39,600 nt of DNA, taken from the IMG/VR virus record IMGVR_UViG_3300013383_000010, one strand, 5' to 3'. Source of the stretch: a virus. Shown piece by piece: positions 29,865-38,166 of this stretch. A program made the position numbers and the translations under genes. The notes under the pieces are model-generated. The model was not told the origin of the DNA. It saw only the letters and a list, made by a program, of their open reading frames with translations, and searched no databases. Position 1 is the first letter of the stretch. Every line of letters starts with the position of its first letter.

Positions 29865-30304
29865 AGCTTCGATCCCTCCTGCCTTGCGAGCCAGTCCTCG
29901 ATGCTCTCGGCGGCGCTCTGCTCGCCGTCCGCGAAGTTCATGTGCTCGTTGAGCTCGTGCAGCGCGCGGATGGCGCTGTTGGCGTCGAGCAGCTTCTCGC
30001 CGTTTCTCTCGTCCCGGCGCGTCTCCGGGTTCCAGCGGTAGGCCGGGACCTTCTCCATGCATGCTTTCACGATCTCCACGAGCCGCGTGCCGATCCACTC
30101 CTTGGAGATGCCCATCTCGTCGAAGAGCTTCTTCTCGAGCGAGCGCCGGTATTCGATCACGCCCGGCGTCTCCAGCAGCTTCGACGCGCGCGACGCGGCG
30201 CTCCTCGCGCTGTACCCCGCGGCGATAGCGGCGGCGGTGGCGTTCCCGGATTTGAGATATTCCTGTACGAATTTCCGCTGCTGCGGTGTAATGTCTTTTG
30301 CCAT
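29861..30304 (-). CDS. terS: Terminase small subunit (Terminase_2-like)
   Basis: ITPQQRKFVQEYLKSGNATAAAIAAGYSARSAASRASKLL is the classic TerS N-terminal HTH pattern. SD GAGGAGGG is present. Confidence 0.8.
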   Translation of the reverse strand: MAKDITPQQRKFVQEYLKSGNATAAAIAAGYSARSAASRASKLLETPGVIEYRRSLEKKLFDEMGISKEWIGTRLVEIVKACMEKVPAYRWNPETRRDERNGEKLLDANSAIRALHELNEHMNFADGEQSAAESIEDWLARQEGSKL

Positions 30305-30316
30305 TACTTTCCCTCC

Positions 30317-30592
30317 TCACATCGGCCAATACGCCGCATAAAAATCCCGGCGCAGCTCGTAGATCCTGCCCACCGGCACGCTCGTCTCGCGGCTCGCCGT
30401 CTCCGGCGATTTGTTTTTCAGCAGAACGGCGATGAGGGCACGCCCCTCGGCCCGCCCTTTCGCTGTGGTCTCTATCGTTTTCCGGATCTCGTCCTGCTCC
30501 GCCGGCGGCAAATTGCGGTACGCCTCCAGAAACGCATGGACAATGCGCTGCTGCCAGACCGCCCCGCAGCCCTTCATCGGCCGGAATTTCAA
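30317..30592 (-). CDS. Small HTH protein (candidate late-gene regulator, sigma70 region-4-like)
   Basis: 91 aa. TTG start overlaps the rep stop (TTGA), with GGAGGTGA 7 nt upstream. HTH-like segment SPETASRETSVPVGRIYELRRDF. Lies directly upstream of terS. Confidence 0.4.
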   Translation of the reverse strand: MKFRPMKGCGAVWQQRIVHAFLEAYRNLPPAEQDEIRKTIETTAKGRAEGRALIAVLLKNKSPETASRETSVPVGRIYELRRDFYAAYWPM

Positions 30593-31386
30593 CGCCGCAT
30601 CACCTCCGTCTTCGCGGAGGCCCCGCCGACATTTGTTTTATCTGAACGCGCAGAGACGCGCGCGCCGTTGCCTTTTCTTTCCTTCTCCTTGCGGACGTAG
30701 CGGACATAGGCGCTATAGAATCCGCTCTCCTCGTCCCGCGTCTCGGTCTGCTCGCGGATGGAAGCGTCCTTCGGCAGCTTGATCTTACTGTGGGCATACA
30801 CCGGCACCGGCTCGGTGTATATCGGTTTCTCCAGCCCGCGCGAGGGATGGTATTTCTTCTTTCCCTCCTCGCCCCTGGCGTTGGAGATCATGTACCGTGC
30901 AATGCCCGTATAGTCTCCGCGCCCGTCCAGACGCCGGTAGCTGACAGCTTCCTTCGGCCAGAGCGCACAGATCAGCTCATAGTCCATCGCCGGGAGGACG
31001 ATGTGATAATGCGGGCGGGCATCCAGCTCTCCGCTTTTTCTTCCCTCCGCGTACACGTAGATGAGATTCTTTCCGTGCACCTTCCGATACGACGCGCGGA
31101 GTTTTCGCATAAACCGGCCGAACACCGTTTGAGCGGTCTCCCAGGATATTTCTTCCTCCGGGAAGGTGAGCGTGAGCCACAGATCCCCGCAGACAAAATT
31201 GCAGTTGAGCGTTCGGGCAAGGCTCTTTACGGCGTTGATCTCATTCCGGAGAATTTTCCTGATGCTGGACTTCTTAGCTCTCGTTCCCCGCCGGACGCGG
31301 CGATCCTCCCGGTTGGTCGGCATCATCGCGCGGCGGATCTCCTCCACCGGTCCCGCTATGATCTTGTACTCCATCAGCGCAAGCAC
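30589..31386 (-). CDS. HUH-superfamily rolling-circle replication initiator (Rep)
   Basis: RCR motif I LWLTLTF, motif II (HUH) PHYHIVLP, and a candidate motif III Tyr in GIARYMISNA. SD AGGAGG precedes GTG 31386 (alternative ATG 31374). Confidence 0.6.
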   Translation of the reverse strand: MLALMEYKIIAGPVEEIRRAMMPTNREDRRVRRGTRAKKSSIRKILRNEINAVKSLARTLNCNFVCGDLWLTLTFPEEEISWETAQTVFGRFMRKLRASYRKVHGKNLIYVYAEGRKSGELDARPHYHIVLPAMDYELICALWPKEAVSYRRLDGRGDYTGIARYMISNARGEEGKKKYHPSRGLEKPIYTEPVPVYAHSKIKLPKDASIREQTETRDEESGFYSAYVRYVRKEKERKGNGARVSARSDKTNVGGASAKTEVMRR

Positions 31387-31435
31387 TCCTTTTTCCTCCT
31401 CGGTCGTTAAGTTATCCTTTTAACAAGTCCGCAAA

Positions 31436-31462
31436 AATTCGCGCACGCGCACGCGAATTATA
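31436..31462 (-). promoter_or_regulatory. Hairpin/IR AATTCGCG-N8-CGCGAATT overlapping a TATAAT box upstream of rep
   Basis: Arms at 31436..31443 and 31452..31459. Minus-strand TATAAT at 31462..31457. No good -35 element was found. Confidence 0.4.
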
Positions 31463-31473
31463 TAAGGTGTAAA

Positions 31474-31524
31474 GGCTCCCTTGTGCGAAGGGAGCTGTCA
31501 GCCGCAGGCTGACTGAGGGATTGT
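31474..31524. repeat. Double-hairpin element, copy B (intergenic, upstream of rep)
   Basis: GGCTCCCTTGTGCGAAGGGAGCTGTCAGCCGCAGGCTGACTGAGGGATTGT. It differs from copy A by one loop base and one added A-T pair in hairpin 2. Confidence 0.85.
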
Positions 31525-31582
31525 TTCCGCCCTCATTTCCGCCGCCGTCCCCGGCAGCAGAAATCAAACCGGAAATTTCCTC

Positions 31583-31611
31583 TTGCTTATATCACGGTAT
31601 CGTGATATAAT
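31583..31611 (+). promoter_or_regulatory. Promoter with a 9-bp inverted-repeat operator for the plus-strand cassette
   Basis: TTGCTT (31583..31588), 17 nt, TATAAT (31606..31611). IR TATATCACG (31588..31596) / CGTGATATA (31601..31609). Confidence 0.7.
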
Positions 31612-31639
31612 GTAGTCACAAACGAAAGGAGGCATTATC

Positions 31640-31894
31640 ATGCCGGTAGTCGCCCGATTTTATGGGATCATCGTGAAAATGTATCTTCTCGACGGAGAGC
31701 ACAATCCCCCGCACGTCCACATTCTTTATGGAGAGAAGAACGGCGTCCTTGATCTCAACACGCTCACGTTCAAAGAATGTGACCTTCCCACGAAAGCCCG
31801 CGCCCTCGTCCTCGAATGGGCTTCCGCGTACCAGCAGGAGCTTCTCACCATGTGGAAAACGCAGTCGTTCCGCGTGCTCCCGCCTCTCGAATGA
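31640..31894 (+). CDS. DUF4160-like protein
   Basis: 84 aa. FYGIIVKMYLLDGEHNPPHVHILYGE is the characteristic DUF4160 N-terminus. SD AAAGGAGG is present. Confidence 0.65.
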   Translation: MPVVARFYGIIVKMYLLDGEHNPPHVHILYGEKNGVLDLNTLTFKECDLPTKARALVLEWASAYQQELLTMWKTQSFRVLPPLE

Positions 31895-31924
31895 GGCAGG
31901 AGCTTTCCGGAAAGGAGGTATCTC

Positions 31925-32362
31925 ATGTTTCATAAACTCAAATCCGTCACGCCGCTTCCGGACTATAGGCTCCTCGCCAATTTCTCGGACGGCTCCGTGA
32001 AGTCCTACGACTTCCGCCCGCTCTTCGACCGCATGGAGGTGTATGTCCCGCTGCGGGAATCTCCCGCGCTCTGGGCGTCCGCCGCCGTCGATCCCGGCGG
32101 CTACGGCGTTTCATGGTCGGACGAGATCGACATTTCCGCCGAGGAGCTGTGGGAGCACGGCGTCGCCGCCGAAAGCCCGTTCTCCGGTCTGCTCTCGTTC
32201 GCCGACGCCACCGGTTTATGGGGTCTCAGCGAAAGCGCCCTGCGCAAGGCCGTGGAATACCGGAAGCTCACCGTCGGCGTCGATGTCCAGAAGTTCGGCA
32301 AGCAATGGGTCGTCACCCGCTCCGCCATGGAACGCGAGTATGGCCATCCGCCGCGCCAATAA
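31925..32362 (+). CDS. DUF2442-like domain fused to a C-terminal HTH
   Basis: 145 aa. The N-terminus (KSVTPLPDYRLLANFSDGSVKSYDF...GYGVSWSDEIDISAEELW) fits DUF2442. The C-terminus (SFADATGLWGLSESALRKAVEYRKL) is HTH-like. Confidence 0.6.
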   Translation: MFHKLKSVTPLPDYRLLANFSDGSVKSYDFRPLFDRMEVYVPLRESPALWASAAVDPGGYGVSWSDEIDISAEELWEHGVAAESPFSGLLSFADATGLWGLSESALRKAVEYRKLTVGVDVQKFGKQWVVTRSAMEREYGHPPRQ

Positions 32363-32372
32363 GGAGTTCGCA

Positions 32373-32918
32373 ATGAAACAGCAAGACCGCTATTGTTTCC
32401 CTGCCGTGTTCACCTATGAGCCGGGGCAGGAGATCGCCGTGGTGTTCCCGGATCTCGACGTTGCCACCAGCGGCGAAACGCAGGACGACGCTTTCCGCTC
32501 TGCCAGGGAGCTCCTCGGCTGCGTGCTTTTCGGCATGGAAGAGGACGGAGAGAAGATCCCCACGCCGTCGTCCCTGGAATCTCTGCATATGGACGCAAAC
32601 GAGCGCAGCGCCCTGATCGACGTGTATATGCCCGCCGTCCGGCTGGCCAAATCCGGTAAAGCCGTTTATCCCATTGTCCTCACGCCCGATCCGTCCGGCG
32701 GCTACGCCGTCCGTGTCCCCGGTCTGGATATCAATACCGAGGGCGATACCGTCCCCGAATGTATCGACATGGCGCGCGAGGCCATCGGCCTCTGGGGTAT
32801 CTGTGAGGAAGATTCCGGCCGCGCCGTTCCCGCTCCCGCGTCGCTGTCCCCGGAGCACGAACCCGGCGAGATCGTCACGCTCGTGGACGTGGACTTTGAT
32901 ACCTACCGCCGTTCTTGA
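32373..32918 (+). CDS. Tandem HicB-like (UPF0150) antitoxin-fold domains, no HicA partner seen
   Basis: 181 aa from ATG 32373 (SD AAGGAG). Two copies of the pattern Y..V...D..GGY.V..PDL....T.G.T..E....A.E. Confidence 0.55.
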   Translation: MKQQDRYCFPAVFTYEPGQEIAVVFPDLDVATSGETQDDAFRSARELLGCVLFGMEEDGEKIPTPSSLESLHMDANERSALIDVYMPAVRLAKSGKAVYPIVLTPDPSGGYAVRVPGLDINTEGDTVPECIDMAREAIGLWGICEEDSGRAVPAPASLSPEHEPGEIVTLVDVDFDTYRRS

Positions 32919-32928
32919 ATACGCCTTC

Positions 32929-32955
32929 GCCCGCCGGTCTCCCGGCGGGCTTTTT
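32929..32955 (+). terminator. Rho-independent terminator of the plus-strand cassette
   Basis: GCCCGCCGG-tctc-CCGGCGGGC followed by TTTTT. Confidence 0.8.
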
Positions 32956-32981
32956 CTGTCCTTTTATTCCTCCGGCGCGTA

Positions 32982-33962
32982 TTATCCGCACCTCCCGATC
33001 AGCGTTTCCAAAATCTTCCTCGTCCCCGCGAGCAGCTTTCCCGCCGTCTCGCCGTCCGTGCTCTTCATCACATGCAGCTTTTCCACTGCCAGATTGAAGT
33101 TCTCCTGCGCGAGCTTCACGAGCAATATCACCTCGTTCGCCCCGCTCTGCGCGGCTGCGAGCCGTTTTCGCAGCTCTTCGGCCTCGGCTCTGGCCTTTTC
33201 CGCCGCCGCGCCCGCGCTCTTTCCGGCGTCCCTCGCGGCGCTCTCCGCGGCTTTCAGCCGCTTTTCCAGCTCGGCCACGGCCTTTTTCTTTTCCTCCGCG
33301 GCGGCGGCCTTCGCCTCCTCTACGGCCCTCTGCACCGCCGTCTCGTCGATGGCGACCTCCACCGGGCGGTTCTCCGTCTCGCGCAGCATCGCCTCCATCT
33401 TCTGCGCCGCGTCCTCGGCGTCCTCGCGCTTCACGCGCTGATCCTCGAGCGCGTCCTTCGTCTCGGCAAGCTCGGCCTCGGCGTCCCGCAGCGCCTTCTG
33501 CGCCGCCCCGAGCTCCCTGTCCGCCGTCTCCAGACTCTTTCGCGCCTCGTCCCGCTCGCGGATCGCCTCTTCGAGATCGCGGGCCGAAATGTGCTCGGCG
33601 TCCACCTCGCGGGCAAACTCCTCGCGTTCCTCCTCCGGCACGGCCAAAAGCCGCAAAGCATTGGAAACACTGATTTTTCCCAACGTTGGGAAAATGTTCT
33701 CCACGCCCAGAAGCGACCCCTGCGCGGCCCCGTACTCGTTGTAGAGCTTGATGAAGCGGTACGCGCTCGACTTGCTGATCTCCGTTTCGCGCTCCACCCA
33801 TCCGGCGAAGTCCTCGCCTACCTTGTCCTTCGCAAGCTGTAGCCGGTACCCGATCTGGATGCCGTATTCCAGCACCATCTGCCGCGCCTGCCGCGTCAGC
33901 AGCCGGATCTCGCCGCCGAGCTGCTCCGGCGTCATGTCCTCGGTCTTGATAATGTCATTCAC
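32982..33962 (-). CDS. DUF3102-like protein with a long Glu/Ala/Lys-rich coiled-coil C-terminus
   Basis: The N-terminal pattern (EIRLLTRQARQMVLEYGIQIGYRLQLAKDKVGEDFAGWVE...SKSSAYRFIKLY) fits DUF3102. The preferred start is GTG 33962 (GTGA overlap, SD ACGGAGGA). Alternatives are ATG 33935 and ATG 34010. Confidence 0.6.
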   Translation of the reverse strand: MNDIIKTEDMTPEQLGGEIRLLTRQARQMVLEYGIQIGYRLQLAKDKVGEDFAGWVERETEISKSSAYRFIKLYNEYGAAQGSLLGVENIFPTLGKISVSNALRLLAVPEEEREEFAREVDAEHISARDLEEAIRERDEARKSLETADRELGAAQKALRDAEAELAETKDALEDQRVKREDAEDAAQKMEAMLRETENRPVEVAIDETAVQRAVEEAKAAAAEEKKKAVAELEKRLKAAESAARDAGKSAGAAAEKARAEAEELRKRLAAAQSGANEVILLVKLAQENFNLAVEKLHVMKSTDGETAGKLLAGTRKILETLIGRCG

Positions 33963-35569
33963 GCTGCGCTTGTCCTCCGTTTCCGGCCGGAGCGTACCCA
34001 CTCCAGCCATGTATTTTCAAAGTTCCGCACCTCTTCGGTGCGCGCACAGTTGCGCATGCCCCGGTTCTCCGTCACCGAGAGCTGCTTCTCGTTGAAGTTG
34101 AGTGTGAACCACGGCTCATCCGGCTTGTCCTTCCGCCGGATGAAGAAGATCGTGAGCCCGCCCCGCGCGTGCCGCTCGGCGTAGGAGGCGACGCAGTGGT
34201 GCAGCGCCTTGCCCTCGGCGACGAGTTCTTCCTCCGTCGCGCACGGGCGGATGAAGATGCCGCCGTCCTCGAACGCATACTTCTTCATGCGCTCATACCG
34301 CTGTTGAAAACGCTCCCGCCGCTCCGCGGCGGCCTTTGCCTTCTGCCGCTCCTGCATCCGGTCGTGCGCCCGCCGGAGATTCTGCGGCCACATCGCGTCC
34401 CGGTCGCCGAGATCCTCGCCGAGCTTCTCGGCCATATTCCAGTAGTCCAGCAGATACCCCGGCCACAGCCGGCTCTTATACCGCGCCGCCTGCCTGTCAA
34501 GATACCTCTCCGCCTTTGCCGGCAGCACGCCGCGCTTCAAAAAGTCCTCCTGTTGGCTCTCCGTTACCTTCGTGACCTCCTCGCCGAGACGGCAGGCCAC
34601 GCCGTATTTCCGCGCGAGCAGCAGCGCCTTCAGACGCTTCGGCGCGTCCTCCGCGCCGTTGAAGCAGGCAAGCTCTTCCTTCGTCAGCCGCAGCATCTCG
34701 TGCGGCTTTCGCTTTTTCCAGTCCGCGCCGTGCAGTACGTCGGTCCTTTCCGACCAGTTTTTGTTATACGCCGGAGAGCGCTTCCCCTCGGCGATGAGCG
34801 CCGCCGCGAGCTTCTTCGCGTTCGGCGCCATCAGCGCCTCGGCGGTGCGGTGCCGCTGCCATAGCTTCATCCATGTGACCGGGAAGCGGTATTCCGTCTC
34901 TATGTCCATGTAGGTCTCCAGCTTGCAGTCGGCGCACTCCGTCTGCGCGTAGACGTTGGCCAGCCCCTCCGGGCAGTACACAAGATCCACGTCGAACATC
35001 GTGTCGCCGAAGCGTTTCCGCTCCTGCCAGCCGGGGATAATGTAGGTCGCGGTCGTGAATTTCCGCCAGTGCCGCCAGCGCGCGGCGCTCGTCCCGCCGA
35101 AGGCGTATACCTCCCACGGGTCAACGCGCCATGTGACGCGCCCGCTCTTCTCCACGTCCCGGCACACCCGCCAGAGATAGAGCAGCAGCTTCCCGCCCCG
35201 CGCCTCCGCCGTCATCGGCCAGACGCAGCGTTCGAGACGCCGCGCGTTTGACACATGCCGCGCCTCCACCGCCTCGCCGCACATCGGGCAGGCGAGCCTG
35301 TCGCCGCTTATAAGTGCATCCCCGCTCACCGGGTGGCGAAAGCCGAACGGCGCGCTGTACCCCGCGTGGCCGCAGCCGCCGCCCGGCACATATGGCATCT
35401 TCACCGTCTCCCCGCACGCCGAGCATACGGCGTCCGCGCATTTGTGCCGCAGCCCCGTCAGGGGATCCGTCTGCCGTCCGGCGCGGTAGATGAAATAATC
35501 CCGCCAGTTAAGCCGTTGCGCCTTTACCCAGTCGAGCAGCCCTTCCGGCGGCGTTTCCGAGAGAGTCAT
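33959..35569 (-). CDS. PcfJ-like protein with N-terminal Zn-ribbon region
   Basis: 536 aa. The C-terminal pattern NLRRAHD...EGKALHHCVASYAERHARGGLTIFFIRRKDKPDEPWFTLNF...ENRGMRN fits the PcfJ family. Confidence 0.6.
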   Translation of the reverse strand: MTLSETPPEGLLDWVKAQRLNWRDYFIYRAGRQTDPLTGLRHKCADAVCSACGETVKMPYVPGGGCGHAGYSAPFGFRHPVSGDALISGDRLACPMCGEAVEARHVSNARRLERCVWPMTAEARGGKLLLYLWRVCRDVEKSGRVTWRVDPWEVYAFGGTSAARWRHWRKFTTATYIIPGWQERKRFGDTMFDVDLVYCPEGLANVYAQTECADCKLETYMDIETEYRFPVTWMKLWQRHRTAEALMAPNAKKLAAALIAEGKRSPAYNKNWSERTDVLHGADWKKRKPHEMLRLTKEELACFNGAEDAPKRLKALLLARKYGVACRLGEEVTKVTESQQEDFLKRGVLPAKAERYLDRQAARYKSRLWPGYLLDYWNMAEKLGEDLGDRDAMWPQNLRRAHDRMQERQKAKAAAERRERFQQRYERMKKYAFEDGGIFIRPCATEEELVAEGKALHHCVASYAERHARGGLTIFFIRRKDKPDEPWFTLNFNEKQLSVTENRGMRNCARTEEVRNFENTWLEWVRSGRKRRTSAA

Positions 35570-35916
35570 AAAAACGCCCCCAGATCGATGATCTCGGCAT
35601 TGCCCTCAACGCCGCCCGCAGGGGCGGGGCTCTGCTCCGCCCGCGCCGCCAGCCCGTAAAACTCCCGCAAAATCCGCTCGGTCTCCGCGCCCGTCACGCA
35701 CGCAAAGTTCCCGGTCTTATGCGCGTCCGCGTATGCCTTGATCTTCTTCTCGGCCTGCTGAATGCTCATCTCCGGGATATCAAGATCCCTGTCGAGCAGC
35801 TCCGCGCTCTCCGGCTCCCGCCGTGCCATGTCCTTGAGCTGCTCGCCCACCATCCACGCGGCGGTGCGCCCCTTTTCCTTCGCCTGCTGCCGCTCGATCT
35901 TTTCCATGACCGGCAT
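35566..35916 (-). CDS. PcfK-like protein (family reported to include the anti-CRISPR AcrIIA9; from memory)
   Basis: 116 aa from ATG 35916. Coupled by ATGA overlap to the PcfJ-like gene, which is the usual PcfK-PcfJ order. AEKKIKAYADAHKTGNFACVTGAETERILREFY. Confidence 0.4.
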   Translation of the reverse strand: MPVMEKIERQQAKEKGRTAAWMVGEQLKDMARREPESAELLDRDLDIPEMSIQQAEKKIKAYADAHKTGNFACVTGAETERILREFYGLAARAEQSPAPAGGVEGNAEIIDLGAFL

Positions 35917-36069
35917 ACACATCCGTCCTTTCTCCGGCCTGCCATCTTCAGGCATGGGCGGCCATCCCCATGCGACGGGCTTTCCGCCCGTTTCGGCTAA
36001 AAGATATGCCCCAGCACCGCGAGCAGCGCCGCCATAGCGGCGCACGCCCCGCAAGCCCACATGACCCGC

Positions 36070-36285
36070 TCACGCATCCTTCGCCCTCCTGTTCCACCGC
36101 CGCTCGATCTCGAGCCTTGCCTGCCGCTGCGGATCTTTCATCCCCGGCGGCGCCGGGTACAGCGTGTGCATCTCCGCGCCGCAGGCAACGCAGCGGATCG
36201 TCGCGATGTATGTCCCCATCGGATGCCCCTTCGCCGGGGCAATGGAGCGGCGCGCCTCTGCGCCGCAGAACGGGCAGGGCTTCAT
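36070..36285 (-). CDS. Lar-family restriction-alleviation protein
   Basis: 71 aa. MKPCPFCG...IRCVACGA...RRWNRR matches the Lar family pattern (CPFCG, a second Cys pair, terminal WNRR). Confidence 0.6.
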   Translation of the reverse strand: MKPCPFCGAEARRSIAPAKGHPMGTYIATIRCVACGAEMHTLYPAPPGMKDPQRQARLEIERRWNRRAKDA

Positions 36286-36491
36286 CCGTGCCGCCCTCCT
36301 CTCCGGAGCAGCGCCGCGTCCGGCAGCCGCATCCAGCGGCAGATGTCCGCCGCGAAGGAGATGTAGCCGTAAAGCGCAAACAGCGCCTCGATGATCCCGA
36401 ACCCCTTTCCGTTCAGCCAGATGAAGAAGATCACCGCGCTCATCAGCGCCATGATCATCGCCGTGACAAACATTGCCTTGCTCCTGCTCAT
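36282..36491 (-). CDS. 69-aa membrane protein
   Basis: SD GAGAGAGGAAAA is present. Two hydrophobic helices. ATGA overlaps on both sides. Confidence 0.5.
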   Translation of the reverse strand: MSRSKAMFVTAMIMALMSAVIFFIWLNGKGFGIIEALFALYGYISFAADICRWMRLPDAALLRRGGRHG

Positions 36492-36751
36492 TTCGTTTTC
36501 CTCTCTCTCTTTTTGTTGGGGCAGAAATGGAACCTGTGCGCCGCCCCGCGCATCTCGTCCTCCTCGCACTCTACGACCGGCAGCGGCGTGCCGCTGTTGG
36601 TGTAGAGCGTCACCATGTCGCGCTCGCCCTCTTCGGCCCGGCGGAAGCGGTACGGCGTCAGCGACGCTTCCACGCACAGCGTCCCCCGCGGCCCCGGCAC
36701 GAACAGCACCGGCCGCCCGCAGTATTTGCACTTCGTCTCTTTCGGTATCAT
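36488..36751 (-). CDS. 87-aa Zn-binding-type hypothetical protein
   Basis: CKYCG ... HFCP. SD GAAAGGAAAG is present. ATGA coupling. Confidence 0.5.
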   Translation of the reverse strand: MIPKETKCKYCGRPVLFVPGPRGTLCVEASLTPYRFRRAEEGERDMVTLYTNSGTPLPVVECEEDEMRGAAHRFHFCPNKKRERKTK

Positions 36752-36939
36752 CGAATCTTTCCTTTCTTTTTGCACCACTCCGGCGTCCTCACACTGTCCG
36801 GATACGGATTCCCCTCCCGAACAACATGAATCACCCGCCCGAACTTGTCGCCGTTCTCACGGCAGAAGCACCGCACCGCCTGCTTCCCCTGCGGCCACTG
36901 GTCCAGCGCGATGTGCGGGCATCCCCTGCACGTCTTCAT
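36748..36939 (-). CDS. 63-aa Cys-rich hypothetical protein
   Basis: MKTCRGCPH...CFC...WC. ATGA coupling to both neighbours. Confidence 0.45.
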   Translation of the reverse strand: MKTCRGCPHIALDQWPQGKQAVRCFCRENGDKFGRVIHVVREGNPYPDSVRTPEWCKKKGKIR

Positions 36940-37490
36940 GGCGCTTTCCTCCGCGGCGGAGCATTTGGCGGCAGCTCCAGCTTCTTTCGCGCCTTGTACA
37001 CCGACGGCCTCGACGCGCCGAGCCTCTCCGCGATCTGCGGATCGTTCAGCCCCTCGGCCCAGCATTTCTTCAGCTCCTCCGGATCGATGACATACCGGAA
37101 CGCGTTCGGCGCCAGCCCCGCCCGGCGCCGCCACCGCCGCACGGTGTCCGCATTGCAGCCGATCTCCCGCGCGATCTCCGTGTCCCGCTTGCCCTCTTCC
37201 CATAGCGCCCGGAACTGCGCCCAGTCGTACTTCTTCCTGCCGGCCGTGCTCATCCGGGCCTTCGGCATCCTGTCCGGCGGTCTCTTTGCCGATACGACGA
37301 TCGGCTGCGACCGCCTTGTTTCGGTCTTCCCCGTGCGGTACAGCCCGCATTTCCGGGTGATGTCGGCCTCGCCCCGGCTCGTCTTTGTCTCGCCGGTGAT
37401 AAAGAAGTAGTTGCAGCTCGGCACGTTCCCGTCCACGCGCCCGGCGTGGTACCGGCACTTTGTCCGGTAACATATGTACTCGTCCTTCAA
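36936..37490 (-). CDS. DNA-binding protein with an N-terminal Cys cluster and two HTH motifs
   Basis: 184 aa. TTG start overlapping the upstream stop (TTGA). HTH-like segments RDTEIAREIGCNADTVRRWRRR and NDPQIAERLGASRPSVYKARKK. Confidence 0.55.
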   Translation of the reverse strand: MKDEYICYRTKCRYHAGRVDGNVPSCNYFFITGETKTSRGEADITRKCGLYRTGKTETRRSQPIVVSAKRPPDRMPKARMSTAGRKKYDWAQFRALWEEGKRDTEIAREIGCNADTVRRWRRRAGLAPNAFRYVIDPEELKKCWAEGLNDPQIAERLGASRPSVYKARKKLELPPNAPPRRKAP

Positions 37491-37846
37491 AACGGCAGCA
37501 CCGCCCCTTCCTCGATCAGATGAAAGGCGCTCTCGTTGTCCCAGCCGTCGTCCGGGTGCTCGATCCCCCAGATCTCCGCCTCATCGAGATAGTTCTTCCC
37601 GAAGTGCGCGACGAACTCTTCCTTGCTCCACCTCTGCTCGGTCATCGCCTTGTGCTGGCCGTAGCGGTGCAGAAGCTCCGCCGTCTCGCCGGAGCGGTGC
37701 GCGCTGTCCGCGTCGATCCGGTGGCACCACGGGCAGAGGCGGACGGTCAGGCCGTACTTTGTGGAAATAGGCCGCCGGGCTCCGCCGAAAATGTGGTGCT
37801 CTTCGAGCTGTTCATAATTCCCGCACAGAAAACAAATACCTTTCAT
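37487..37846 (-). CDS. HNH-type zinc-finger nuclease-like protein
   Basis: 119 aa. CFLCG...EEHHIFGG...LCPWCH is an HNH-like arrangement. SD AAAGGACGAAG is present. Confidence 0.5.
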   Translation of the reverse strand: MKGICFLCGNYEQLEEHHIFGGARRPISTKYGLTVRLCPWCHRIDADSAHRSGETAELLHRYGQHKAMTEQRWSKEEFVAHFGKNYLDEAEIWGIEHPDDGWDNESAFHLIEEGAVLPF

Positions 37847-37926
37847 CGTTCTTCGTCCTTTCAAAATTCTTGTCTCTCCCTCCGGGAGAGGTGGCGCGGC
37901 GCAGCCGTGACGGAGAGGGTCCCCCC

Positions 37927-38166
37927 CTATTTCGTCGCTTCCAGAATTCTCGCCGCCAGATCGTCCACGCGCCACTTCTTCTTTGTGCCGCGCTGGAAGC
38001 ACGGCAGCCCGTCCAGAAACTCCGCGACGATCCTCCGGTTCTCTATCCCGAGATACCGCCCGATCTGCGCCATGTCGGCGTACCTCGCGCCGTCCGTGCA
38101 GTGCTCCGTGAGATCCGCCTCGATCTTCCTCTGCTCCGCCGGAACGCACAGCCGTACCCTCGGCAT
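37927..38166 (-). CDS. 79-aa HTH protein (excisionase/regulator-like)
   Basis: SD AAGGAGG lies 8 nt before the ATG. MAQIGRYLGIENRRIVAEFL...KKKWRVDDLA resembles Xis/AlpA-type small HTH proteins. Confidence 0.4.
   Translation of the reverse strand: MPRVRLCVPAEQRKIEADLTEHCTDGARYADMAQIGRYLGIENRRIVAEFLDGLPCFQRGTKKKWRVDDLAARILEATK

Noticed and set aside
28176-30041. 621-aa plus-strand ORF antisense to the terminase genes. Similar antisense or alternate-frame ORFs occur over portal, capsid, fibre and early genes.
   Set aside because: The reasoning is the same as above. The minus-strand frames carry recognisable terminase, portal and capsid motifs and coupled starts, while the plus-strand frames are compositional artefacts.
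35917-36069. 21-codon hydrophobic ORF (MWACGACAAMAALLAVLGHIF) and hairpins in the gap between the Lar-like and PcfK-like genes.
   Set aside because: The SD spacing is poor and the ORF is too short to evaluate without comparative data. It is noted only as a possible leader peptide or structured spacer.
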